Source: a virus | Taxonomy: Duplodnaviria > Caudoviricetes | IMG/VR virus record: IMGVR_UViG_3300021979_000004 | Span: 96,001 to 160,000 of that record | Length of the DNA stretch: 64,000 bases | Strand: one strand, 5' to 3' | Shown here: one piece after another, positions 19,696-29,137 of the stretch | How the letters are laid out: each line of letters starts with the position of its first letter | Numbering within the stretch: the stretch's first letter is position 1 | Program-made: the position numbers and the translations under genes | The notes under the pieces: generated by a model | Databases searched by the model: none | Told to the model about the DNA's origin: nothing | The model's input: only the letters and a program-made list of their open reading frames with translations

Positions 19696-20325
19696 TTAGC
19701 GATTTATGATTGTTCTCTCAACATTTATCGCTAGATCGGAGAAGCTACCCGTATTTTCGATTTCAGATTCATAGTTGCAGGACAACCATGCCCATTCAGA
19801 TTCATGTACTTCCATATCATCCAAAGTAACAATAGCATCTTGATCACCATAAGCCGCTTTGATACCAATGTTTTCCCACTCAGGTGTAAAGCGTCGTACA
19901 CGATATATAGATGAGTTTTCAAACTTTTCTATATAACGATGTTCATTTGGGAAGCGGATATCAGTTACCACTACATTCCCCTTTATATTATTTATTTTAT
20001 TTACTAGAGCATATACCCAGATATTCTCATCGAAATGTTTGCGAAATAAATCTGTACCGATCTTGGTCATTGCTAATCTAGGTGTGAAATTAGGAATACC
20101 AAGTTTTTCAGCCCACCAGTGATCCACTTCATCACGCCATTTACGTGACTCGGGGGTATGACCGTTTATCATTTCCATGTCCCAACCAAAAATCACACAA
20201 AGACATTGCTTTAGTGTTTCGGCATATGATAGAATAGAGTAATCGTATTCAGATAGGATATTAGCAACAGTGTCTTTACCACTGCCTTTGAAGCCCATAA
20301 GGCCGACAATTTTTTTATTATTCAT
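19696..20325 (-). CDS. deoxynucleoside monophosphate kinase (T4 gp1-like)
   Basis: GFKGSGKDT P-loop; TPRLAMTKIGTD; VVTDIRFPNE; HESE. Confidence 0.9.
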   Translation of the reverse strand: MNNKKIVGLMGFKGSGKDTVANILSEYDYSILSYAETLKQCLCVIFGWDMEMINGHTPESRKWRDEVDHWWAEKLGIPNFTPRLAMTKIGTDLFRKHFDENIWVYALVNKINNIKGNVVVTDIRFPNEHRYIEKFENSSIYRVRRFTPEWENIGIKAAYGDQDAIVTLDDMEVHESEWAWLSCNYESEIENTGSFSDLAINVERTIINR

Positions 20326-20388
20326 TGTTGTTATTCTCCAAAATTAAAACTTTATCATAAAACCTTTATCCGTCAAGGGAGACAGTAC

Positions 20389-20949
20389 ATGACACCGGGA
20401 TATATTATCGTAAAATACCCATCAGGAAATTCAGTAGTTAATATCTATCTGAAAGACAGTGCTATGGTACAGAATGTTTGTGATTTCTTTGCAGAGCATT
20501 TTGGTCAGTCTGTTAAAATGCCACGAGACTTATTTCATGATCTTTGTAGTGATCGATATAAGGGAACTCTCAGTCCAGAAGAACGACCAAAAACCATGCA
20601 AGATTATATGAATTTTACTATTCCCGAATCAGAACGTTATGCTGAATATTATCGTAACGATTACGATGAAGATTTCATCATCGTGCGTAATTCATTTGAT
20701 AATATTAATTCTCTGGCGGCTAACATTGTTCATAAATTGTTTAGTGAATATAATAATGTTCTCAATGGTGATGCGGTAAGAATTGTACCTGAAGTTGATA
20801 TTAAGCTTGTGCCTTATGTTTATACTGTAGAAGTTTTCAGGGATCAAGATCGTCTCGAACGCCCATACCTCACGGCAAAGTCATCTGATGGTATTGAGTT
20901 TGCAGGGTTTGTATCTAAAATTAAAGTTGTTGAGGAAGACGATGAGTAA
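20389..20949 (+). CDS. hypothetical protein
   Basis: 186-aa ORF with RBS GGGAG. Confidence 0.7.
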   Translation: MTPGYIIVKYPSGNSVVNIYLKDSAMVQNVCDFFAEHFGQSVKMPRDLFHDLCSDRYKGTLSPEERPKTMQDYMNFTIPESERYAEYYRNDYDEDFIIVRNSFDNINSLAANIVHKLFSEYNNVLNGDAVRIVPEVDIKLVPYVYTVEVFRDQDRLERPYLTAKSSDGIEFAGFVSKIKVVEEDDE

Positions 20950-22087
20950 AATTACCCCTACATTCAATTCCAAGATGTCTCAAAGAATTGATAAAATGGT
21001 TCGGTGTCTCGATCCTAAAAACCAAACATCGGTTGTTTCTGGTGAATACCGCGCAATTTTATTAGAAATTGGTAGTGCTATGCTGTCGGGAACTGACGTT
21101 GACCCCAGAGTTAAAAATTTTGTTCAAGACCATATGACGTACTTTCGTAGACATGTACCAGAAATGCACTACATTCTTCTTCTGATTCTTTCTCTTCGTG
21201 ATGATGATATTTCCAAAAATATCACAGATACACATATTCAGGATGCAGCAACGGAAGCTTTTATTTCATTATCTAAAAGACATAGCCTGATTCTGTCAAC
21301 CAAGCTTCGAGATATTTTATTACAGCAATATCAAGCTACCTTGAGTTACCTGACACATACCGTTTTATCATTTACCATTGATATCAAAGATGCATTTCCA
21401 ATATCAAGCATTGATAATTCAGAAAGGTTTATAATGATCAATAAAGCAAAAGTATTCACAGTTAACGCTTTTAAATATATGATCGAAAACAACATTCCTT
21501 ACCTGTTGAATATTCTAGATAATATTCCGATAACATGGGAAAGTGCACCTATACATCATTCCATGTTCGAACAAAAAAATAATAACGAAGACATAAGCAA
21601 ATATCAGAAAAAATTTAATTACAAGAATGATTGTAAAAACTATTCAACGGTCAACCCTAATTGTGTTGAGGCTGTGTCTCATAGAACTACATCATACAAC
21701 GATATGATTGAAGAAATTAACAAGTACGTCACAACTGAGTATGCCGTTATTGATATTCATTCTATGTTTATGATTCAAAAGCATATTGATTCATGCTCTA
21801 CCGATAAGCCCACGACACACCAAACACTGTCATGCTCATACCATGTTGGACTTTCCATCGTGTATTATTATGAAGTGCTTGGAGTAGATATATCAGAAAT
21901 GCTTACAGAAGAATATATTAAATTTATATTCAAGATGAATGGCAATACCAAGAATGATGCTAACGACAACTTTATTACAGTACACAACTGTATCGCGTAT
22001 CTGGATAGGAAGTTTGGGTATGATCAGGAAGTAATGAAGGCTTTAAACAAATATCGTAACTACTTGAAACTAGCAAAATTAATTTAA
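20942..22087 (+). CDS. hypothetical protein
   Basis: Long ORF; likely start MSKIT at 20942. Confidence 0.7.
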   Translation: MSKITPTFNSKMSQRIDKMVRCLDPKNQTSVVSGEYRAILLEIGSAMLSGTDVDPRVKNFVQDHMTYFRRHVPEMHYILLLILSLRDDDISKNITDTHIQDAATEAFISLSKRHSLILSTKLRDILLQQYQATLSYLTHTVLSFTIDIKDAFPISSIDNSERFIMINKAKVFTVNAFKYMIENNIPYLLNILDNIPITWESAPIHHSMFEQKNNNEDISKYQKKFNYKNDCKNYSTVNPNCVEAVSHRTTSYNDMIEEINKYVTTEYAVIDIHSMFMIQKHIDSCSTDKPTTHQTLSCSYHVGLSIVYYYEVLGVDISEMLTEEYIKFIFKMNGNTKNDANDNFITVHNCIAYLDRKFGYDQEVMKALNKYRNYLKLAKLI

Positions 22088-22109
22088 GAGGGCCTAAGCC
22101 CTCTTTTTT
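22086..22109. terminator. intrinsic terminator between convergent genes
   Basis: AAGAGGGC-CTAA-GCCCTCTT plus T run. Confidence 0.75.
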
Positions 22110-22431
22110 ATAGATTCAGCAAACGTCTAGCATATGACTCAGCTTCGTTCTTATTGGCCTTAAAGTAGAAATAGCTCTGCTCACGACCAGTATCCAACCT
22201 CGTTTTATACTCAGGTTTTAAAATACCATCTTTAACAAGATTGTTCAGTGCTTGAACTACTTGTCTGTGTGGTGCATTGAAGCGCTTCACATATTGTTCT
22301 GGTGTGACGAAATATTTCCCTTTTGATGGGGAGAGAATTTCTACCAGAACTTGCTCAGTCACCTGTGCTTTTAGTTCTTTGAAATTTTTCTTGCTCAGTA
22401 CTGTACCTGCAAATGATTGTACGTGTTGCAT
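22108..22431 (-). CDS. possible winged-helix DNA-binding protein
   Basis: Start MQHVQ (RBS GGAGGG); APHRQVVQALNNLVKDGILK resembles a wHTH recognition helix and wing. Confidence 0.5.
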   Translation of the reverse strand: MQHVQSFAGTVLSKKNFKELKAQVTEQVLVEILSPSKGKYFVTPEQYVKRFNAPHRQVVQALNNLVKDGILKPEYKTRLDTGREQSYFYFKANKNEAESYARRLLNL

Positions 22432-22461
22432 ATGAATTCCCTCCATAACTTAAAAATATGA

Positions 22462-22491
22462 ATTATATCAATGGTTGTTTCTCTCTGTCAA
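22462..22491 (-). promoter_or_regulatory. sigma70-like promoter with extended -10
   Basis: TTGACA-18nt-TATAAT with TGn. Confidence 0.65.
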
Positions 22492-22551
22492 GTGAATTCG
22501 AAGAATTCATAGTGAGGTGTTTACGCCTCACTAATAACAATAGAGAAATTA

Positions 22552-22559
22552 TATTTATA
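22552..22559 (-). promoter_or_regulatory. T4-type late promoter
   Basis: Exact TATAAATA in intergenic DNA. Confidence 0.5.
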
Positions 22560-22684
22560 GGAGTTATATGTATAGATAACTTTTATTATCTGTATTCCAT
22601 TTCATTCCATACAGATATGAAATATCATTCTGATATTTCTATTACATAACTCTTACTTTTTCTTTATAAAGAAATATAAGAACT

Positions 22685-22711
22685 AGGTTAGAGTTTTGAG
22701 GTTAGAGTTTT
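22685..22711. repeat. 13-bp direct repeat x2
   Basis: AGGTTAGAGTTTT at 22685-22697 and 22699-22711. Confidence 0.8.
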
Positions 22712-22776
22712 CGAGTACCTAGACAAATTCAATATCTATGGTAGATTTGATTAATTACAAAAACAGGAGATAAGTA

Positions 22777-23502
22777 ATGACAGTAGAACGTAAAGAACTG
22801 CAACCGCTAATTGAGAACGTATATGATATGGATGCAGCAGGACAGGTTTATTTCATTAATGAGATATTTGGTAATAAGTTTGGTGGAAACACTCAAGATA
22901 AAGTTATTGCACAAACCGAAAACATCTATGATGAAGCAGAAGAGTTTGTAAAAGATGGACTTGAGCATAACAATCGTAAGGAAGTTATTGATGCTATCGG
23001 TGATCTTCTAACCTTTGGGTATGGTATTGGGTATCTACTTGGCCTAGATAGTAAGGTTGTATATAACTATGATTACTATGAGAATCGTCCTGATATTACA
23101 AATGAACAGATGATTAGACTTGTTGTGTATCAAACAGATGAATTGATTGATGCATTAAATTTAAAAGATGGTAAGGATTATTTGAAAGAGTATGAAAAGC
23201 TCATGGGATTGATCAAGACACTTTGTACTCTCAATGATGTTGGTGAAGATCGTTTGATGACAAGAATCACTGTTAGTAATCTAACTAAAATCTGTTCTAC
23301 CTTTGATGAGTGTCAGGCTACCATAGATAAGTATACAGATATTGGCGTAGATGTTTATTCTAAATACTTTAAAGTGCAAGGTAACTGGATTCACGTTGTA
23401 TATTCTTCAAAAGAACAGGTAGTTAAAGGCAAAATGTATCGCCCACATAAGTTCTTGAAATGCATTTATTTCAAAGAGCCAGTTCTTGATGACCTTGTAT
23501 AA
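22777..23502 (+). CDS. MazG-like / all-alpha NTP pyrophosphohydrolase
   Basis: DEAEEF...EVIDAIGDL acidic motif; second degenerate helical repeat. Confidence 0.7.
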   Translation: MTVERKELQPLIENVYDMDAAGQVYFINEIFGNKFGGNTQDKVIAQTENIYDEAEEFVKDGLEHNNRKEVIDAIGDLLTFGYGIGYLLGLDSKVVYNYDYYENRPDITNEQMIRLVVYQTDELIDALNLKDGKDYLKEYEKLMGLIKTLCTLNDVGEDRLMTRITVSNLTKICSTFDECQATIDKYTDIGVDVYSKYFKVQGNWIHVVYSSKEQVVKGKMYRPHKFLKCIYFKEPVLDDLV

Positions 23503-23505
23503 ATA
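23498..23505 (+). promoter_or_regulatory. T4-type late promoter
   Basis: TATAAATA upstream of 23527. Confidence 0.7.
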
Positions 23506-23526
23506 TAAGTAAATGAGGAATCTATC

Positions 23527-24225
23527 ATGGCAGTGAAAATATATAATGTAATCAATAAAGGTGTACGTATTAGTGATGGTGTATTTACTGGACCGTCTCT
23601 GATAACAGACGCAGGGCTGTACATTGAAAGTGCTGGTGGATACTATGCAGGTGGAAATATTTTAGTAGATGGTACTGAATATAAGGTCATTGTCGCACCT
23701 AAAGAACTAGGTGAAGCAGTGAGTACTGAATGGAAAGTAAATAATACGACATCTGGCACTTTTAGTAAATATGACGGTAAGTCAAATATGCAAACAATTA
23801 TAAACTCTGGTGGGATTACCTCTCATCCAGCGTTTAATTTTTGTAACAACTTGAATATAAATGGATTTAGTGATTGGCACTTACCGTCGCCGGATGAATT
23901 AGAGCTATGTTATAGGTTTCTTAAGCCGAACACAATTGATAATTACGTAAGTTCAAGGCCGTTGCATAATGAAACTAATGGTTTTAATCCAAACTCTAAT
24001 CCATTGGGTGGTGGATATACCGTTTCGTCCCCAACACTAACAGTCTCTTCAGAATTCCAATCTGGTAACTCACAGGCGTTCATTGGGGGCGCATATTGGA
24101 CTTCATACGAGCCAGATAGTGTTTCGACTGCTGCATATTATCAGCGTTTTAGTGATGGTCTACAAAATACAACTCTGAAAGATGGAAATTATTATGTGAG
24201 AGCCGTTAGGTGGGTAGAAGTATAA
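23527..24225 (+). CDS. DUF1566/Lcl C-type-lectin-fold virion protein
   Basis: GFSDWHLPSPDEL, YWTS and YVRAVR motifs. Confidence 0.8.
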   Translation: MAVKIYNVINKGVRISDGVFTGPSLITDAGLYIESAGGYYAGGNILVDGTEYKVIVAPKELGEAVSTEWKVNNTTSGTFSKYDGKSNMQTIINSGGITSHPAFNFCNNLNINGFSDWHLPSPDELELCYRFLKPNTIDNYVSSRPLHNETNGFNPNSNPLGGGYTVSSPTLTVSSEFQSGNSQAFIGGAYWTSYEPDSVSTAAYYQRFSDGLQNTTLKDGNYYVRAVRWVEV

Positions 24226-24226
24226 T

Positions 24227-24607
24227 ATGATTTTATTTGAATACGATTATGACATGTGTAACTTACCACTCAATGAGAGTATCCAACAGTTAAATGAAGA
24301 AGATTTGGAACGCTTATTCGTAAGTAGTTCCAATGTACATAGTTTCTGGTTTAAAGATAGTGGTAATGGTATTGGTACTTTAACAATAGAATTCAACAAC
24401 GGTGCTGAGTATGAGTATTATCAAGTTCCCTATACTTTAGTCAAATACTTTACAGTAGCACCATCATTTGGTCGATTTGTATGGAAAAACATTCGTGGAC
24501 GTTTCCCATACAAACGTGTAGATGTAAAAGGATATCCATTGATCAAACCACGAGTTAAAGTCAGTACCTCTGGAAAAGAGAAACGCTGGCGTAAGAAGAA
24601 AAAATAA
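24227..24607 (+). CDS. KTSC-domain protein
   Basis: SSNVHSF..TLTIEFNNGAEYEYYQVP..F..APSFGRFVWKNIRGRFPY. Confidence 0.85.
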   Translation: MILFEYDYDMCNLPLNESIQQLNEEDLERLFVSSSNVHSFWFKDSGNGIGTLTIEFNNGAEYEYYQVPYTLVKYFTVAPSFGRFVWKNIRGRFPYKRVDVKGYPLIKPRVKVSTSGKEKRWRKKKK

Positions 24608-24630
24608 AATCTCTCCGAAGAGAGATTTTT
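24606..24630. terminator. intrinsic terminator
   Basis: AAAATCTCTC-CGAA-GAGAGATTTT. Confidence 0.7.
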
Positions 24631-24678
24631 CATTTCTAGAAATCCATAAATATTCTTAAAGATAAAAAGGATATTATA

Positions 24679-26418
24679 ATGACTAAAAAGATTTTCGAAG
24701 GCGTTAAGTTTGGGGATAAAGAAAAAGCTCTGATACTTAAGAATGCCAAAGATTTTAATGTTGGTATAGAATATGAAATGCATTACCGACCTCCCATTGA
24801 TTTTCATGAGTTAGCTTCAGAAGGGTATGAATTTCTTGTTGCAAAAATGGAAGACAATGACCTTCGTGAAGAAATGGAAGATATATATAACTCGGCATTA
24901 GATAGTGATAGTTACCTTACCAATATCACCGCTGACTTTCCAACCATTTTAAAGATGATGTATGCATTGTATGATTATGAGCAGTTTGTTAAGAAAAATG
25001 TAAGACCTGATATTGATGTTGATGCAGCATTCGGTGGTGAGCAAGATGAACTTATTGATGACGAGAAAACACCTGAACTATTTCTAAGGGCTTTGAAGAA
25101 AACCTTTGAAGATCATGAAATAAAATGGGAAGATGCCAAAGAAGTACTTACCAACCTTAAATCTAATTCTCCACAGTACGAAGACATTATACTATTAATG
25201 GATGCGTACTTTGATGGTGATCTGTTTGACGACGATGGCTCTATGGGTATGTATTCGGATTACCTTATGATATTAACCAACGTTGTTACTTCTGATGATG
25301 AGAAGACGATTGCTGGTATGGTCGATAGTATGGCGAACACTGAAATAGGTCCGCCTACCCCTGAAGAAGAGCTTGACTTTACAATGGGAAAGGTTAGTTC
25401 AGATACAATAAAGTACGAGGATTATAATTCATATCGCTTAAGTAAAGAGCCAATCGAAGTCATTGAAGAAATAGTATTAGATTATTTCCGAGAACATGGT
25501 AGTGATTACGTACATGAAATGACCGGTGACGATGAGGGTATACCTACGGAAGGTAACCTTGCTGACAATGGTGTAGATACTACTGTAATAAATGCTATAT
25601 CTACTGATCATGGTGGGCAAGCTGAAGTTATTACAGAACAGATGGATGTCATTGAAGCGTTTGAAAATATATCACAGATGTTTTATTTTATCGAAAACCA
25701 TGCAGAAACTAGTAACATATCTGGTATGCACGTTTCGATTTCAACAAACAAGTATGATCTTGATGATTTCAACATGATGAAATATGTAGCAATGCTTGAT
25801 ATGGATCACATTTTAGAAATGTTTCCAGAAAGACAATATGTATATGACTTAAGTGGGATAATCAATGGTGCTATACAAGATGAAATGGCAGGAACCATTG
25901 AAGAAGAATATATAAACAGTAAAGGTAGAATGTCCGCTGCGAACTTAGTTAAAAGTCTTGCACGTGCAGCAAAATATATGATCGACACTGAGAAATACCA
26001 ATCTATAAAGTTTGGTGACTATCGTATTATGGATGGGCGTATTGAATTAAGGTTCTTTGGTGGCGAAGATTACCATACAATGGAAAACGAAATTAAACAC
26101 CATATTCTTAGAGCATTGTATCTATTAAATTTTGCATACACTGATGAATACAATAATGTTTATTATAAAAAGATTGCAAAGATGGTCAATAGTAATATAA
26201 AAGATCAGTATGGTGTATCTATAAGTACGCTGGTTTCAGCAATTGAGAAAGTAAACAAGATGTTCCCTGAGAAGATAACAGGAATGTATGAGCGATATGT
26301 TGATAGCCTTGGTGGTTATCAATCTGATGATTTGAAAATGTTTGACAGATTTATGAAAAAGACCTTCGGCAACGAATGGTATAGGAAGTTAGATTTTTTA
26401 AGGGGTTTATATGACTAA
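24679..26418 (+). CDS. putative amidoligase (glutamine-synthetase-like COOH-NH2 ligase), copy 1
   Basis: VGIEYE, EVIT, GMHVSIS, KYQSIKF, GRIELRFFGG; CATAAATA at 24645-24652. Confidence 0.8.
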   Translation: MTKKIFEGVKFGDKEKALILKNAKDFNVGIEYEMHYRPPIDFHELASEGYEFLVAKMEDNDLREEMEDIYNSALDSDSYLTNITADFPTILKMMYALYDYEQFVKKNVRPDIDVDAAFGGEQDELIDDEKTPELFLRALKKTFEDHEIKWEDAKEVLTNLKSNSPQYEDIILLMDAYFDGDLFDDDGSMGMYSDYLMILTNVVTSDDEKTIAGMVDSMANTEIGPPTPEEELDFTMGKVSSDTIKYEDYNSYRLSKEPIEVIEEIVLDYFREHGSDYVHEMTGDDEGIPTEGNLADNGVDTTVINAISTDHGGQAEVITEQMDVIEAFENISQMFYFIENHAETSNISGMHVSISTNKYDLDDFNMMKYVAMLDMDHILEMFPERQYVYDLSGIINGAIQDEMAGTIEEEYINSKGRMSAANLVKSLARAAKYMIDTEKYQSIKFGDYRIMDGRIELRFFGGEDYHTMENEIKHHILRALYLLNFAYTDEYNNVYYKKIAKMVNSNIKDQYGVSISTLVSAIEKVNKMFPEKITGMYERYVDSLGGYQSDDLKMFDRFMKKTFGNEWYRKLDFLRGLYD

Positions 26419-28186
26419 GAAGTTATGGGAAGGTATTAAGTTTGGTGATCGTGAGAAGAAAGTAGTTCTCCAAAACTCTGAGGATTACTATGTTGGTATC
26501 GAGTATGAGTTTAATATCAACGAAGAAGAACCTAAATCAGTACGCGACCTTGTTGATTTTGAGCAAGACCCAGATGATATCATTCGTGACATGGTTAGTG
26601 TCAGTGAAGATAATGACGTAGACTTAGATTCGGACTATGCATCATATATGATAAACTATTTGGAATCCACGTTTAATATTGAAGATTATGTACCAAGTGT
26701 CTGCATGGACTTGTTTTATGTTATAAGACACCTTACAGAAAAACTAACCGATAGTGAACCAGAAGATACAGAAACAGAAGATATGTTTCCTGATGAGAAA
26801 AAGGACGCATACTTTAAAATCTATCGTGACCTTTTCTTTGAACAATCCAAACAGGGTGAAATAGATTTAAATAATATCTATGAGTTGTTTAACTCTGAAG
26901 CTATAGGCACACATGCGTTCTATGCGATATGTAAAGTACTAGACGTGTATTACGATGGTAATTTATTTGAAGGTCAGACAACCCTTATGGAAGACTTCTA
27001 TGAATTCTATAGTTTGAACTTAGAATTAAACCCTGAATTCTTCGATATTAGAAATTCTGAAGATAATATAAGAGAACTAGAAGATATAGACAGTACCAAT
27101 AAAACAATAATTCAAATAGTTGACCATCTTAGAAAGTCTTCCTTAAAAAACTTTTTCACAAAAGATGATGAGTTATCATATACAGTCGATGAGAATGGAT
27201 TTAGTTTAAGTGATTTTGATATTAGTGATTATATAAAGTACGTAGAAGAGTACGGTAATATCCCTGACGTAACTAATTTCTTGGTTGATTCTTTTACTGA
27301 CTATGTTGATGGTGGGTATTTTGAAAATGAAACCCCAGACTTAGATGAAGATGAGTTACATTCTCAGGTTGCGTTCATAGATCGTATAGTAGATGAACAT
27401 GACGATATGAAAGAAGTTATAACTGAAAAGATGACTGTTATGGATGCAATCGAAAACATTCAGGATATGTTTAGGTTTATGAGTAACAACACCCACGTGG
27501 AGCATTATGCAGGAATGCATATTTCCATATCAACAACTAAGTATGATCTTGATGATTTTAATCTAGCTAAGTTTATCACAATAATGGATATCGACCATAT
27601 CCGTGATTATTTCCCAGACCGTGGACATGTGTCTGACCTCCAAGAAATAGTGATGAATATTATTAATGAAAATATTCATGGTGTTATATTACGTCATGTC
27701 GATAGAAAAGAGAAGTCTATGGTGGGAGTTATTAAGGACATTGAATATGGTATTGACAAAGGAACGTCTGAACATAAGTATCAAACTATAAACTTCGGGG
27801 ATTATAAATTTCATGATGGTCGTATAGAGCTAAGATTCTTTGGTGGTGAAAATTACCATGAACGATATGAAGACATACTGACCCATTTGCTACGCGCACT
27901 GTATCTACTTAACTTCGCATATACTGATGAGCATAACAAGGATTACTATAAGAAGATAACCAAAATGGTTAATGCTGTAGTAAAAGAAAAGTATAACTTT
28001 TCGTTTTCATATATGTATAGCTCTTTGATGAAAATATCCGAACAGATTGATATTTTGGAATTCTTAAATGATCTTGGTTTAGGTGATCATGATCCTAAAC
28101 ACTTCGATTTGTTTAAAAGGTACTTTAAAAACAATACGGTTGATATATTAGATAAGCTTTATGTAGCAGCACGATATAGTATGTAA
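26411..28186 (+). CDS. putative amidoligase, copy 2 (tandem paralog)
   Basis: VGIEYE, EVIT, GMHISIS, KYQTINF, GRIELRFFGG. Confidence 0.8.
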   Translation: MTKKLWEGIKFGDREKKVVLQNSEDYYVGIEYEFNINEEEPKSVRDLVDFEQDPDDIIRDMVSVSEDNDVDLDSDYASYMINYLESTFNIEDYVPSVCMDLFYVIRHLTEKLTDSEPEDTETEDMFPDEKKDAYFKIYRDLFFEQSKQGEIDLNNIYELFNSEAIGTHAFYAICKVLDVYYDGNLFEGQTTLMEDFYEFYSLNLELNPEFFDIRNSEDNIRELEDIDSTNKTIIQIVDHLRKSSLKNFFTKDDELSYTVDENGFSLSDFDISDYIKYVEEYGNIPDVTNFLVDSFTDYVDGGYFENETPDLDEDELHSQVAFIDRIVDEHDDMKEVITEKMTVMDAIENIQDMFRFMSNNTHVEHYAGMHISISTTKYDLDDFNLAKFITIMDIDHIRDYFPDRGHVSDLQEIVMNIINENIHGVILRHVDRKEKSMVGVIKDIEYGIDKGTSEHKYQTINFGDYKFHDGRIELRFFGGENYHERYEDILTHLLRALYLLNFAYTDEHNKDYYKKITKMVNAVVKEKYNFSFSYMYSSLMKISEQIDILEFLNDLGLGDHDPKHFDLFKRYFKNNTVDILDKLYVAARYSM

Positions 28187-28241
28187 TCTCTATCTAAAAA
28201 TAGGAAACTATGTTATACTGGATTCTTTTAGGAGGTCCAGT

Positions 28242-28487
28242 ATGTTTTTTATTGAAGTACTAGGTTTGATTGCAACTGCGTTTGTAGTTCTAAGCTTTAC
28301 CTTTAAGAAATTAAGAACCGTGAGAATTGTTAACCTTGTTGGTTCGATTCTCTTTATAGTCTATGGTGTTCTTCTAGCGATGAATGCCGGAACCATCGTA
28401 GGGTTTGTTTCGATCATCTTAGTAAATGCCATTCTTCTTATGATCAACGGTACACATCTATTGCGTAAAACTGATCAAGCTTATTAA
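28242..28487 (+). CDS. small inner-membrane protein (YgjV-like)
   Basis: IEVLGLIATAFVVLSF..KKLRTVRIVNLVGSILFIVYG; RBS GGAGG. Confidence 0.65.
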   Translation: MFFIEVLGLIATAFVVLSFTFKKLRTVRIVNLVGSILFIVYGVLLAMNAGTIVGFVSIILVNAILLMINGTHLLRKTDQAY

Positions 28488-28502
28488 CAAAACCTATTAG
28501 AT

Positions 28503-28551
28503 TTTCTCCGTTTATTAAGATATTCTATACTAAATATAATAAACGGAGAAA
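28503..28551 (+). promoter_or_regulatory. RBS-sequestering 15-bp hairpin with late-type promoter in the loop
   Basis: TTTCTCCGTTTATTA (28503-28517) / TAATAAACGGAGAAA (28537-28551); CTAAATA at 28530-28536. Confidence 0.7.
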
Positions 28552-28556
28552 TGATT

Positions 28557-28775
28557 ATGCTTATTAAATACGAAAGCTTTTTTAAGACACTTACATTTTG
28601 CGTCATACATTTCATTGTAGGGTTTACAGTAGCCTATATGTTTACCGGCTCTATAGCTATTGCTGGTGGGATAGCACTAGTGGAGCCTATGGCAAATACA
28701 GTAGTCTACTATTTCCACGAGAAGGTGTGGAAGAAGATTAATAAGCAGGCAAAGAACTCTTTTACTATCGCTTGA
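28557..28775 (+). CDS. DUF2061-family membrane protein
   Basis: KTLTF..IHF.VGF.VAY.FTGS...AGGIALVEP..NT..YYFHEKVW; the second ATG gives better spacing from GGAG. Confidence 0.8.
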   Translation: MLIKYESFFKTLTFCVIHFIVGFTVAYMFTGSIAIAGGIALVEPMANTVVYYFHEKVWKKINKQAKNSFTIA

Positions 28776-28917
28776 ATTTTTCTTTAAACGAAGAAAGACA
28801 CTTCTTACAACCAGAACAAATTTCATAGTCTGTTGCAAGTTGCTTCAGACTTTTTTGTTCTTTCTTGTATTGCTCAACTGTGTTATCATTTATGTTTTTA
28901 CAGATACAAATGATCAT
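28765..28917 (-). CDS. Bfd-like [2Fe-2S] protein (50 aa, missed by the ORF track)
   Basis: MIICICKNINDNTVEQYKKEQKSLKQLATDYEICSGCKKCLSSFKEKFKR: CxC...CxxC; RBS AGGA. Confidence 0.7.
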   Translation of the reverse strand: MIICICKNINDNTVEQYKKEQKSLKQLATDYEICSGCKKCLSSFKEKFKR

Positions 28918-28944
28918 AAATAATCCTATAAGTTGGAGTAATAT

Positions 28945-29136
28945 ATGTATACCGTACTAGTTACATTTATACTAATTTTCATAATTAAGTTATTATATCA
29001 TAGTAATAAAATAAATCAAATAAAACGTGCAGGCGGTAAAGGTGACTTCCACCAGTTTGTTGTTAATGGTTCTTATAAGAAAAACCTTGAACGCGAACGT
29101 CGAGCAAGAGGAAAGAATAAACGTAAGCGTAGGTAG
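28945..29136 (+). CDS. small membrane-anchored basic protein
   Basis: N-terminal TM and Arg/Lys-rich tail; RBS GGAG. Confidence 0.6.
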   Translation: MYTVLVTFILIFIIKLLYHSNKINQIKRAGGKGDFHQFVVNGSYKKNLERERRARGKNKRKRR

Positions 29137-29137
29137 C

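Noticed and set aside
24050-24225. DGR variable region in the DUF1566 gene
   Set aside because: No reverse transcriptase and no second near-identical copy in the window.
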